A stretch of DNA of 64,000 nucleotides from assembly GCF_009914755.1 (NCBI RefSeq), contig NC_060929.1. One strand, written 5' to 3'. A model generated the notes under the pieces. It ran no database searches, was not told the DNA's origin, and worked only from the letters and a program-made list of their open reading frames with translations. The DNA comes from the human T2T-CHM13v2.0 reference genome, Homo sapiens. A program made the translations under genes and the position numbers. Positions 25,751 to 40,780 of this stretch are shown here, piece by piece (the first letter of the stretch is position 1; each line of letters begins with the position of its first letter).

Positions 25751-28700
25751 CTCTCCTTGACATTGCATTGCAGAAGCTGAGTGGGTGGAAAGAGTGACCA
25801 GCCCAGGATGTGGAAAACAGAATTTTACCCCACTCAGAAAGGGATGTCTAATCTGTTTTCTTCCAGGTATCCACCCTGGATCTCTTGGCCCTGAGTTAGA
25901 CAATAGAGAAGGGACAAGCTATGTTCTCATTTTTCCTGGAGTGCTACATTTCCTATATATGGAGACAGATAGATATTGAACAGTTTAAACTGGTTTTGTG
26001 GTTGAAATTCACCCAAGAGTCTGTATGTTTTCTTCATCTTCTGTCTCTTCAATAATATTTTAATGTGATAAATCTAGGGAAAGCAAAAGAATAATAATAA
26101 TATTTTAATGGAAAGTTGGAGAGGGTAAATCAATCTAGTTGAATCTTGGTTTCTTTCCCAGGCTGCCTTGTGATACTTCTTGGTCACTCATACTGAATTA
26201 TTTTCCAAAATTAAAACCACGTCCAGAAGAGACCACAACTTGCTTTAGGCCATCTGCTTGTGGACATCTGTTTGATGCCCTCGATCCCTAGTCTGAAATT
26301 CTCCATGAGCGTCCTCCTACTGAGTTGCGCTTTTTCCTCCTGATAGCAATCAGCACGTTTCCGCTCCCCAGCCTCCCAATCTCTTCCCTCTCATCTAACA
26401 AGAGATAGGGGAATCAAAGGAACCACTCAATAGGCTTATCTTCTCTTGCTGTTCCATTTTCCTTCATCGCACATTCAAAGCTCTCCTTCTGGGGCCACTC
26501 TTTCTAATCCAGAGACCACTTGTGGCGTAACCAGAAGGGCTCCCATCCATGCTCCTTCTGTGTCTAACCCAATGAAGAGCTGGCTGAACAGACCTCTGGG
26601 GGCACTCAGCATCCATTCTCAGCTGCAGATTTTCCACTAGGACACAGAGAGTAATGGCCCCTAAGAAATAAAGACCAGCCCCGTCCCTAACTCTGACAGA
26701 GCTCAATAATTTTCCCTGAAGTTGCCTTAAACCAGTGGCTGTCAGCCAGGATGAAAGGATGTATTCACAAGAAAATCAGTGCTCAAATATCAACTCTCTT
26801 TGGGTTCTCCTTGAATTTACTACCACCCTACAACTGGACGTCTTCTGAATAACCGAAACATCTCCCTTTGTGTGTAAGGGTGAGTCCTGCTGAGTGATGC
26901 GTGGGCACGAGGACCCTACTGGATCCTGTCCCCACAGAGACCAGTCAAAATGCCATGTCTGGATGCAGGCTGAATCTGTCAGGCCAGCTGCCCACGGACT
27001 CCCGGGTCCCCCTCGTCTTCCAGGAAAACCTGCCCTCCTGAACTGTCACTCGTGAGACAGTTGCTAAGAAATGATACTGAAGCTAACCTATGAACCTTTC
27101 GTAGCAAGTGCTTTCAGCATGTTTTAAACAGAATGCAAAGGGCTTTTATCAGAGATTTATGCAGCTGGTTGATAAGCAGTTCTACCACAAAAACGCCCAC
27201 CAGTAATTGCAGCCAGCAGAATAGTCTGGGGCACAATGCTATGGCAACTCCCAGCCTAAAACCTCAGTGGATTTAAACAACTGAGTTTTCTTTCTAAAGC
27301 ATTGGTACTACTTGTACAAGGTGTGTAGGTGAGGGGTGAGGGGGATGGATACAACCTCTGCTCATCCTGGTCACCCAGGAGCCTGGGCTGACGGAGGCCC
27401 CACCTCTGCACATGCTCCCTGGGATGCAGGCAGGGAGGCTGTGGCCCCCACACACCAGCTCTTAGAATGTCCACGTGGAAGCAACGTACACCACCTCCAC
27501 TGGAATCTCCCAACCAGCGCAAGTCCCCTGTACACCCCTGGCTTCCGAGAGACGGGAAGTGAAGTCCCACAGGAGTTCCCAAAGAGAGGAACTGGAATAC
27601 TTACTGTGAACTGTTCGATGGCTCCAGAAGCAATCAAACCACAGTCCCTGGTAGAATGACTGCCATTGTCAGAATAGACACATGAGAGAAAAAGAGGTCA
27701 CCAGTGAGAAAAGCTACAAAGAGTGTTAGAGCCCTCAGCAAAGGACAGTGAAAAAAAACCCCATTATCAGAAAAAGATGTCTATCTCACTCCATTATTAT
27801 CAAAATTAAACTTCCCATAACTTTTGATTTGCTGCTGCTTGATAGTAACCTGTGGTTTCAGGCATCTAACCATGTTGTTGTTTTTGCCTTTTGATTTGTT
27901 TGGTGCGAAACATTTTTGCAAAATGTAACTTTCCAGAAGTTGAATAGGCGCCCTGTTCCCTGGCTCCACTCATCCAACTGCGCTGTCCTAAGTGGACCTT
28001 CAGAAACACTAACTAGCGTGTTTTAATTACAGGATTTAAGAGATAGGCACTGGAAATCTGTTACTCTGCTAGTTAGTGGGAGTATCAGATTAATGGAATG
28101 TGATAAGTAATTTGTATTCTATAAGGGTTTTATTTTAAGGACTTATTTAAGAAGCTATTGTGTTCACGTGATATGATCAGATCTAATATATATATTTTTT
28201 AATTTTTATAGAGATGAACAAATTATGGGCAAAAATATCGCATAGACTGTGTGTCCCACACACCAACCAAGAGAGCGTCTGAAATGAGAATGTGGGTGAT
28301 CACTGCCTCTCACCCTGTTCCAGCCAGGGCATCCACAGCTTTAAACACTGGTCTTGATGGGATGCAGAGAGGAGGAAAGGGTATTTTCAGGCCAGGGTAA
28401 CTGGGAAGGACTTAGATTTATAGGGACAAGATTACTGGCTTCAATGGTGAATTATACCACTGAGAACCTGGAAACTTTATGGAATTAATTTCTCTGTTGT
28501 TTTAGAGATGACTGCTTATATTTACCAAAGCCTGGAGGCACTTTCAGTTCTACTAGGTAATTCTTTAAAGAATAAAACTACTTTTTGTCATTCTGTAAAT
28601 CTCAAGAGGAGTGTCTCCTCTTTTTTTATTGTTTAAGCCACTGGGTTGAAGAATTTTCCTTCAAAACCTGATTATTCTTTTCTTAAAAATGCTCCCTCTG

Positions 28701-29714
28701 TAAGTAGGTGAAAGGAGATGAGAGCAGGACTTTACTCCAATTTTCAGGACAAGGTGGGAAAATTTTGCCTTTAAACAAAGTTTAAAAACAGGAATTAAAC
28801 AGATGATATGTCGGAGGACACGTTCGAGAAAGCTGCAAGTCTAAGGAAGAAATCAGAAGGTGATCCCTTGAACACTGCAGTTTGGAAGGAGAGATGATGG
28901 TCTTCAGGGAAGTCTGAAGTTTACCCTGCAATGGAGGCTCTCCTTGTGATCCAGCTGAAAGTGTGGTCTTAATGAGGGCAAAAGACTTAAAAGGAGACCC
29001 AGCCAAGAATTCTGAGCCAGCCAGGAAACGATAATGCTATAATTTCTGACAGTGTGACAAGTGGCAACCCTCCCTTTTTTGAGCAGCTACAAAAATAGAA
29101 ATTGCGGTACTTGCCTTCCAAGACCTCAGAGGTGTTGGCTAATGGATTGCTGTTAACAGATGCCACGCAAAGACGTAGAGCCTCAATGGACTTGGTCTGA
29201 TTTTTGGCCCGGGATGTTTTTACGTTGAAGCAGAACTCAGCTGGATGAGACTCTATGCAAACAAGACCTGTCGGAAGGCGTCGGCAAAGTCTGTGCCAAG
29301 TGCAGCCCACGGCTTTCCTGGCTTTCCCGAGGTCATTATCACCCCCGGCCAGCCTTCGGGAATTTTCCCAAACCCAGAGACTCTGACTCATTTCCTTTTT
29401 GAAGCTCATTCCTCCATTCATGTCAATACGAGATGAACTGCAAACTTCATGTCCTGTCCCCATGGAGAAATGTGGAAGAGCAGGGATCTGCAACCTTCAG
29501 TTCTCCCTCCACACCCAGGACTCATTTCACAGGCATTTCAGTTCATTTCTCAGAGGGCGAAGTGACTGATGCTAGTTCCTTAGGAAGACCACAGGGGAAA
29601 AACAGTGGGGGGGAAATAAGGAAAGAATGCCAATGCCTTGTACTATGGCATCCTTAAAAAATCTTAAATCCCAGTTCTACTCCAGATGAACATATCACCA
29701 AGCAGATAAGGTGA

Positions 29715-29785
29715 ACAGACAATATGGGATGCTTATTTCATAGACGAGGAAACCGGGACATGAAAAGGTGATGAGGACACTTACA
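29715..29785 (-). mobile_element. MIR relic
   Basis: MIR core antisense: cttatttcatagacgaggaaaccggg. Confidence 0.5.
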
Positions 29786-30959
29786 TCTGTGCCCCACTCA
29801 AATACAAAGTCAGTTGAGGGAGATTAAATGTCCCTGTGTGGCATTGTTATTTATCCGTGCTGCTGATGCTGTGCAGACGTGATACTAGAAAAATGGGGAC
29901 TGACTTCAGTTCATTGTTGTTGCCCTTGCCGTTGTTAATTTGCCTTAAAACAGGGACTGGAAATGCCGGGAAGCTCTCACGAGGCCACCAGGCTGGCTCA
30001 CCCAGGCAGGGGGCTTTGGTCCTGGCAGCCGTGGTGACTCCCAGGCGGTCCCTCTGTGGTGGCTCCCAGATGACCGTCCTGATGGCGTTTCTGTGCTTCA
30101 TCCTTCTTGTCACCAGTAGAATCCACTCCATCCCCATCAGGGGCCCTCCCCAGGTAGACAGAAGGAGCGGAGGCAGGAGCCGGTGGGGAATGAAGGCACT
30201 GGAAGAAGCAGGTCTACCCGCCATGAGGGGTAAAGGGTTGGCAGCAGGAGCCCCGTGCCCAACGAAGGGATGTGAGAAACAAGTGTGTCCAAGGACCACA
30301 AGAGATCCAGCACCTGGCGGGTGTGGCCCGGCTGCAGGTCTGTGAGGCCAAAGCCTAAGTTATGGCAGCCAGCGCAGCCCTCAAGTGGACAGGTTTGTGG
30401 TGTGCGTCTGAAGGGACAATGGGTGTGCTCGGGTGCCGCTGAGGGAGCAGAGGTGAAAACCAGGCCTGACCCCAAATGGAGTGTGTCTTCCCAGCTTTGC
30501 CATGGGAGCGAGAGGGAGCAGTGACTTTTCCTTAGAGCCTGTCCAGTGATTGCACAGCGTCTTCCTCCTGAAGGGCTGGCAGGGAAGGAGCACTTCTGGA
30601 GGATGGAGGAGGAGAAAGTTTTCCTCACCCACCCCCAGCAGGTAGCAGGGCCATTGAAAATCGTGGTTTTAAGTTCATCCTCCCATGCAAACAACATTAT
30701 CTGATTGCCACGCTCTGTATTTCACCAAAGGTGGCTTCATGGCCTCTGGAATGTGGCTCTCTGCAAGGCACATGGGTCAAGTAAAAGTTGAATCTAAGTT
30801 TATTTGTTTCAGCTAACTTATGGCAGCCTTTGGCCACAGTCCATCACATTCCCAGTGGAAAGGAAGCAAAGACCACTTTTGAGACTTTGGTAGCATTCGT
30901 TTACGTTCGAGATGTTTCTCTCAGGGACGCCTTGTGCCATTCCCCATGGCCCTGGCGGG

Positions 30960-31050
30960 GACGTTATGTATCTCATTTTGGAGGTCAGTGAAACTGAGCA
31001 AGAGGGAGACCAGGGCCCCTCCAGGACCTCCCAGTGGAGCTGGGCCTTCC
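30960..31050 (-). mobile_element. MIR relic
   Basis: tatctcattttggaggtcagtgaaactgag resembles the MIR core. Confidence 0.4.
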
Positions 31051-32720
31051 CGAAGCCTCAGCACACGGCCCCTGTCTCCCCACCCTGGCCTTGTCTGGGC
31101 TGCACTGTGGACACCAACCAAAGTTCCCCAATCATCCCAAGCTTAGCTGAGCCCCCCCAAAACCATGAGTGATCCCCATCTCTGAGGCACCCCCCGTCAG
31201 GGGCCTTGGCAAGCGGGATCCTTGTCATGAAACTCCTCACATGGAGGACAGATGCAAGAAAACAATGAACTGATTTATTGGGCTAAAATTCAATTTCCCT
31301 CTGCTTCATTGATTTTGTACTTGTTATAATTACGGAAAATTCTTTTAAACAGCCTATAAAAAGATGCTGTTTCATCTGAGTGGGTTCAGGGTCCTATTTG
31401 GAGCCACTGGCAATCAGCTATTCTGCTCCTAGCCCCATCCCACGGGCCGGTGGTAGGAAGAACACGTCATACCGCCCCCGCTCACACTGACGTGCAGCTC
31501 ACATACCCTCCGCATGCCGTGTTAACTGACTTACCTTCCCTGGATCACCTCCAGACTTCCAAATTTAGCAATCCTCAACTTAAGCACAGCTTCTTAGAGT
31601 TGTAGCCATACCTTAATGATGCAAAAAAAAAAAAAAGGCAGCCCATTAAACATAATCAGATGCCTATCTGCAGCCTGAGCTATGTAGCTGACAGCTTAGA
31701 ATGAAAGAAGATACATGACTCTCAACAAGATGTGCACACAAAGCACGCTTGTTACGGTTCCTTACAAACAGGGACAGCCGATTACATCTTTCCAATAAAC
31801 CCGAGTTTCATCGCCGAACTGCCACACAACGCGAAACACCCGACCCTCTCTAATAACTGGGCTAATGAAGAGGCGTCCGGGTGGCAGGAGGGGCCAGGAA
31901 CGGAATATCAGAGATGCGCAGGTCACAGCCGAGGTTGCAGGCAGAGCTGAGACAGCTGGTTTAATCTAATCTCTTATCCCTATGTGTTTTTTAGGAACAC
32001 TAAATTGAACCCAGATTTTACAGGATGAAAATCACATTCACCACTTAACGGAGCGACTTGGAACTTGGGTGTGTCTTCCGTGGCTCCCCAGCCTCTTTCT
32101 TTTCTGAAAATATTACGACTGTTGGGAACTCAGTTCCATCTTCATCTTTCCCATCAGTATGGGTGGGGCGGGTGCAGCTGGGAAGCTTAGCTCCCAGGGT
32201 GGAAAGCTAGGCGCGCTTCTTACCAATGATCCAAGCAGCCGCCTGGGACTGGCTTGTCAGAATTAATTGTTGTCTAGAATGTTATTAGTCGAAACACTAA
32301 ATTTGCTCTTAGGGTAAAGTTCCTTCTTAATGAACTGCAATTCTTGCTCAACTCCCCCTCCCCCGGGCATTTCTCATCAATGTGATAACATCAGCCCAGG
32401 TGCTGTAACAGTCTTTAAAAATCGTAAATCTTAACCTGTCACTGAAGAGAAGGGGAGAAGAAAGGTTAAACAAGTTTCTGGAAGACGCTTTCCCAGGTGT
32501 TATTTTGCAAGTAGAGGGCTAATTGATGGTTCTGCCATCATAGTTACAACTGATAACCATCATGTAAACACTCCCTGCTCTCCAAGGGAACATTCTCAGG
32601 TTGTCCCAGGGGTGCACCCCACCCCACCCCCACCCCGCCGGATGTAGTGGTCTCCCTCACACGCAGACACACAGACAGCACCTCTGGATGTCCTGATGGC
32701 TTTGAAGTGTCCAGTGCTAG

Positions 32721-33167
<447 letters not shown>

Positions 33168-34358
33168 TAGGGACGGCAGCTCTCTCAGAAACAACATGTC
33201 TATTAGGAAACAACCTGGAGGAACCCCAGTTTACTCTTAGGACATCTCATCTCTCCTCATCCCAAGTTAGCTTCTAAAAGGGCTTAAGATCTGTTTCTTT
33301 CTGGTTTTAAGGCTAATAAATCTTTTTGCAAGATGTAAAAGGAAAGGAAAGCTTTTCCATGGCCACGTCCTGGAAGCAGAGAAAAGAATTTAACTTGCAG
33401 CTTCTCATCTCGTTTTCCAGCCTTCCCCTCACACAGCCTGGGGCCGTGCACTCGGACCGTGGGTAATGTAATTGGATTCCGGGGCTGAGGGTGGGAGAGG
33501 AGCGATAAAGCTGGGTGAGAATCTTCACACAAAAGCACACAGCCCATTTACATTTTCATTGGTTTCACAAAACGAAAATATAGAGCCAGTAGAGTTTTTC
33601 TAATTTTTGCCATCATTGAAAAATTAGCATTTGCCTTCATTAAGACCACTGTGATTATATCCCTGTGATATGGTTCCTAACACAGGAGGCTGGAGCACCA
33701 AGAAAATAAAAATTAAAGATGGTAATAACATTTTCATTTTCTCCTTTATATTTTTGTAACCTGGTTTTAACTGCATTTAGCTGCATTTGCTTGGGGATTT
33801 TTTTCTTATAAAAATAGCATTATGTGTGACATTCAGACTTCCATAAAAAATGATTAAAACCACAGGGTCTTTGATGATATGTATTTGAAATCTATAAATA
33901 ACACCAACATAAATAGCTCCTGAAGCAACAATGGGTAGACGTAAGTCATGTCAGATTTCACTCACCGTTCAGCTAAATTGTTTTTCTGTTTTACCATTTG
34001 TAAACTAAGGAGTAAATAATTCCCTATTTCAATAAGATGGGAATATCTGCAACCTTGATCTAAGTGTAGTGCAATGCTCGACCCAGAACAATCCACCATC
34101 TTTCCAAGAAGGCATAGGACTTGCTGTGACCAGGCCCGGCTCCCCCATGTAGGGAAACCAGGGTAATTCTTGAACTTTAGAGTGAGAAAGAAAAAAAAAT
34201 ACATTTGGATAATATGTATTCCTGTAGCCCTCACTGTCTCTCATTTTGTCTCTGGAATTCATTCTCCATTTATCACATGGATCTCCTCATTGTAAGCATA
34301 AGGCCTCCTCCTGAAAAGTCATGATTAAAAGTTTTAATTTTAAAAAAGTAGTTGACTC

Positions 34359-34783
<425 letters not shown>

Positions 34784-35910
34784 TCAAAGGTAAGAACTGA
34801 AAACAATTACACGACCAGTCTCAGGAAATGTTGAGGTCAGTTCTCAGCAGATCTGCAAGGCGAGGCCACTGAAGTCCTTAGAAGCTTACAATTGGAAATG
34901 AACCCTGTGCAATCTTCGAGATTCTCTCCTTACAAAAGCACAATAAAAACCCACGGCCAAAGGGATTTGGCAAAATGTAAGCTTTCTCTAGTAAACAGTG
35001 TATATGATAAAGTGAACTGATGCTGAAGAGATGGCCAGATCTTTGGGGTGGAAGGAGGATCATGTCCTAAACGTGGAGGGACAATTTTCACTTGAATAAA
35101 TGGTTTGTGAACAATCGTCTTCAGTGCATTAGGCCCAATGTGGTTTTGAGGCTTCTTACGCTTACTGCTTCAACCTTTTTAATAAACGTGTTTGTGTTTT
35201 GAAGAGTGTGTAAGTAATGAACCCATTTTACAAGCTCTCTGAAAGTGCCAGGGCCAAGCTCCCCTATTAGATGGCTCTGAGGCTTCCTGCTTTTTTCTCC
35301 CTAGGAAGATAAGGATCTGTGCACCTGCTTGCAATGTCAGCACCCAGGGAAGAACAAGCCGACGCTTGCTTCTCGCCTCTGCCACCTCCACTGGACTCGC
35401 GGGTTGACCTCACTGCAGACAGTAGCAAGGAGGGGAGGTTCAGCCATGACCCTGCCTGGTTCTGACCAGGCTCTGATGGACCCCTGCTTAGATGGAGTCC
35501 ATACTGTTGGGCAGGACCCAGGTCTTTCCTGGAGGACGCCAGGTGCCTGCCCACTCCTCCCAGACCCTGCCCATGTTTGCCATTTGCTAGCTCATCAGAT
35601 AGATTCACCTTTTTTAACTTAATAAAGTTAATGTAAGACAAAGCTTTATGTTCTTAGTGTAACCAGAATCATTTGCTGTATCTAAATACAAGTATATTTT
35701 TTTAAAAAGCAAGCTACTAAATTCTAAAATGAAAATTATCAGTAACTTACAAGGAATAATGAATTGAAACCATTGATAAAAACGTTCTTCATTGAGGAAA
35801 ATCAGTTTTTCTAGGAAGAAAAACGTAAATGTTTATGGTATGTCATAACAGAATGATTTGGCCTAATGTCTAGTTTAAGAAGGTGCAGTCCTATGTCAAT
35901 TGAAGCCTGA

Positions 35911-36244
<334 letters not shown>

Positions 36245-38027
36245 TAATGTTTCTGTCTTGTTCGGGGCGTTTGTCTTTCTGTTCACTGTGGAGAGTAATG
36301 GCTGTCCCCAACACTGGGGCAGGGGGCTTTTTTCAGGCAGAATTGCACACCTCTCAGTTCACACCGGAACTCGGTCCTGCTGCAGATTCTGACTTCTTTC
36401 TCCTTCTCTTCATGGAAAGGTTGGTCTCAGCAGCCCAGCAGAGCTCTCTGCAGTTCACCCTCCATAAAGGTTCTCCCACCCTCATTGCTACACAGTTCCT
36501 GACCCTGAACCCTAAATTCGGGCATGTTTGAATCCTTGGAAGAATGCATAGCCACCCGCTTCAACACCCCCACACACTTCCTAAATCAGGGGAGCCCAGA
36601 AGTCTAAACATCTTTTTCTAACAATAAATCAATGTAATTGCACAATCTTCAGTGTAATGAGGCCCAGCAGCTGGGCAGTGATAACCCAGGTCCTAGGAGG
36701 TCTTCCTTACACCTTTCTGCTGCCTCTCTCCCTGTCCTCCTTCCTCCCCTCCTCTCTTTCTCTCCCTCCCTCTCTCTCCCCTTCTCAGATAAGAATGGAT
36801 CTGATCATCTGGCCATGCCATCATGCAAAGCACAGGCTTCCCCTGGGCTGCTCATCTCTGCCTATAACCACATCTCAGCCTGCAAACCTCGGCAAGTCAA
36901 ACGCCACGAATTCCCAAAAAGGGCCACATCACTTGAAGTTGTCTTACATAGCTTGTCTGGCATGCATCTGCCAAAGTATCATCCAAAAATATTTAGAACA
37001 AAAGAACAGCAGAATCTTTGATTTGATAACTTTAATGTAGCAAAATATTTACATTAAAAACAGATCATTTGGCCATGCTAACAAAGTCAGGCCCCCCGAA
37101 CGTTTCTTTTCTTTTTTTTTAATGGTCTAGGCATGCATAAACTTCTTATAATTGGCTAGTGAACAGAAATTGTTGATAGGTGTGGCCAATCCCATCCCAA
37201 TTGTAAGGAAAACCCAAGGCTCTAGCATTCCAGGGCTGAGCCACTAAATGCCAGGTGCTGCGCTACCTGCCTCTCCCTGTGGGCATCCTCCTGAGTCTCG
37301 GGGCCCTTAAGCTTTATTCCATTACTTAAATATTAAGGGTAGGCAGGGACATCTTTGATGTAACTTTTGAGTCAGAAGCTCAAAGGAAACACAACTTTGC
37401 AAACTATTATTCTGCCTCTTTTGGTACTTAAATTCATGTTTACCAAAAATCACTGTGAACCTAGGAAATTTCTTAATATGTTTGTGAGTTCAGAAGTTCT
37501 AAACTTGCCACAGGTACTAACGAGCTAGCTCACTTGGATTTGATCAAATCACCAGAAACGCTCCTCTGTGTGCACATGGATTGCCCAAACACCTCTCACT
37601 AGATAAAAAGGCATTTGTAACTAACTGACCACATCGTGCACACCCCAGAAATAGTGTGTTTCACTGGGTTTACAGAGATTTAAAACCCAAAGTCTCTAGT
37701 AACATTTTCACTATATTTGATCTCACTCTAATTTGAGATAGAGAGGGAGGAAGGAAAAGATGAGTCAAAGAAGATCCGCCACTTTTATCTGAGGAACTCC
37801 CATCACTCAGCATCACATCCCGTGTGCTAAACCGGGGTTAACTTAGGGACAGCCACACACCTGGGAAAATGCTGAGACGGCCATAAAAAGACAAGGATGG
37901 GAAGTTCCCTCAGAACAGAGAGGAGCAGAAGAAGGCTGGGCTGTGATGGGGGTGATGGGGGGCGCCCCAGGAGGACAAGAAGAGCTGTGTTTCATAATTT
38001 TTAAGTTTATCAGCATTGTAAAGTTTT

Positions 38028-38332
<305 letters not shown>

Positions 38333-39936
38333 AGCATTGTAAGGTTTTAAAACCCCTGTGCACAAAGAAAAGAAAGCAAAATTGTTGTCTTTTGAGGTTT
38401 ATAAGATTGTCACTAGCACCGTATACAGATATATGCTCAGTATGTTTTCTTTAGAGAAAAAAATTATTAATTTTATTTCCTCCAAAGTTTGGTTTTGGTC
38501 TTTTTGTCCCCCATCGAGTTCAGGAAATCTTGAGAAGTGAGAAATTAGAGCAGTCAAAGGTGTTCGCTCAACATACAGCCTCATGCTTGGGAACTTTTTG
38601 CTTTAATAAAAGGAAATTCTGCTTTCAGATTGATGTCTGTGGGGGGTTAATTCTCTTTTTTTTCCAAAATTAAATGTGTCTATTTTTGGCATAAGACAAG
38701 GGATTTAAGGAACAAATGAAATAAAATGTAATCACACAAATATACACCATGAAAAACTATCATTTTTAACTCAAAGTATGATATTTTCCTTTATTCTTCA
38801 GAAAGCAATGAGTTTGTTGCCAATAGTATTAAAAGAAGTCACAAAAAATGCACACTAAAGTTGATATTTTTTAGAAATTCAAATATTACCTCAGAGGAAA
38901 AGAACAACTTGGGGAAATGCCCTTCAACACTTCCTTAAATCAGCATTTGTGTTCTCCCTCTCACTGACATAAAAGTCTCTAAAAAAGCGAAAATCATATA
39001 ATGTTAAACATATTTTCTTTTCAATGAAACCTGAATTGTTTTAAGTCATTTGGAAGCATGGGTTATGTTCTTTCAGGGACTGGAAGAAGAGATTTATTTC
39101 CCTAGAAACCACAGTAGGCCAAAATCTCACTGTGAGTGATGGACGGGCCTCCCCTGCCTGCCCTGGAGCCGGTCCCCTCTCACCAGGAGGAGATCAAGCC
39201 TGGGCTGCATGCGGGAACCTCCCAGCTGTGCTCTGGGGAGACGGAGCGCCCCTCCCGCGAGCCTGCACGCTGCATTGCTCAAACTGTTTCACTCTCGGCT
39301 GGAAAGCCGTGACCCTCTTCAACTTGGTACTGCTTTTGTCGAGGGAAAACATCTCATTTTATTAATAGAAGAAGATAAACTATAGTCTGTGACTTCTGCT
39401 TAAAGTAATATTTCAACAGTTGTTCCCTTCTAATACATTGTCTTTATTTTTACAACTATTTCCCAATCTGAAATACCTTGCAGTGTCAGCAATGAATAAG
39501 AGTTAATAGAGGGAATGCCTTGTATGGAGGGAAGAAAAAATAATAATTCAGACATGAAAAGAAAATTCAACGTTTGTCTAATAAGCAAGAAATAGAGAAT
39601 TCCACAATATTGGCTGAGCCAATGTGTAGTGGCTAAAATGTCTATCTCAAAGTCTGAGGAAATAATTTATTCCAAAAACTTCATGATTTTATGATTTTCT
39701 CCCCAGCATTAACCAAAGGATCCCTGTAATTTTGACAACACTTTACCTTTAATAATAGTTACCTAAGTTAAAAAGGCTTTGACTTTATAAATCATGAAAG
39801 GCGAGCTATGCACCGTTTCCATGAGAGGAGGCGACAGGCAGGCAGATTTGTATCTCTGCATCCCACGGTGTCAGACCCGCCATACAGACCAGACATGAGG
39901 TGAGAGTAGAAAGCCCAGGACCAAAGTAAAACACGC

Positions 39937-40009
39937 ATTGAGTCATCGGTAAAGTTCGCTTCTCAAATCGCTATTGAGCCATTGGTAAAGTTCGCTTCTC
40001 AGATCACTA
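39937..40009. repeat. Tandem duplication, 36-bp period
   Basis: attgagtcatcggtaaagttcgcttctcaaatcgct / attgagccattggtaaagttcgcttctcagatcact. Confidence 0.9.
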
Positions 40010-40029
40010 CCTTAAGCAATGGATTTTTC

Positions 40030-40780
40030 ATAAATAACATTTAATTTACCATCTGGATGAAGACAAAAGTTGATTCCCATCTCACACTGTACGCCGGACA
40101 GAACTGCAAATTAGTCGGATCTGGTGGTGTGCAACTGTAGTCCCAGCTACTCAGGAGGCCGAGGTGGGAGGATCACTTGAGCCCAGGAGTTGAGGACGCA
40201 CTGAGCCATGGTCGTGCCACCGCATTGCAGCCTAGGCAGCAGAGTGAGACCCTGTCTATAAAAACATAAAAATAGAAAGAACTGTAAATTTATGAGAGAT
40301 CTTAATTTGCCAGAAGCATGTGATTGATTCCACCCTAACATAGGAGTGGAGATAAACTTTTATGATTGAAAATTCAAAAGCAATGAAATATTTAAAAATG
40401 CAATTACAATTTTTTTAATTTTTATGGTAAAAATAAATCACCATAATGAAATTTGAAAGATAAGTAGCAAACCGAGAGAAGAAATCATTTCTATGTATAT
40501 TTCGACAAAGTGGGTAATATACTGAATGGAAAAAGAGTTTTCAAGAATGGAGAAGAAAAAGACCATAAACTTACAGGAAAGTAGGCCAAAGACCAGGTAT
40601 GCTCAAGTTCATTCAATGTCATTTCAAACTCCCTCCCATGTATTTCTCATGTATCAGAGTGACAGCAATCGCAGACAATGTACCCTAGAAATGGACACTG
40701 TCTTCATCACTGGTCAGTAGGAAGGATTTACAAAGGCTCATGCTATAGAGATTGTATCCAGATAGCAAATGTGAAGTACA
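40030..40780 (+). mobile_element. Ancient L1ME-type ORF2 3' fragment, interrupted by an Alu monomer
   Basis: A-rich L1-like motifs: gttgattcccatctcacac, gacaaagtgggtaatatac, gaaaagaccataaac...ggccaaagac. Confidence 0.6.
40113..40277 (+). mobile_element. Alu right monomer (FRAM or 5'-truncated AluJ) with TSD
   Basis: Single arm ggtggtgtgcaactgtagtcccagctactc...gagtgagaccctgtct plus A tail. TSD agaactgcaaatt (40100-40112) / agaactgtaaatt (40278-40290). Confidence 0.92.
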
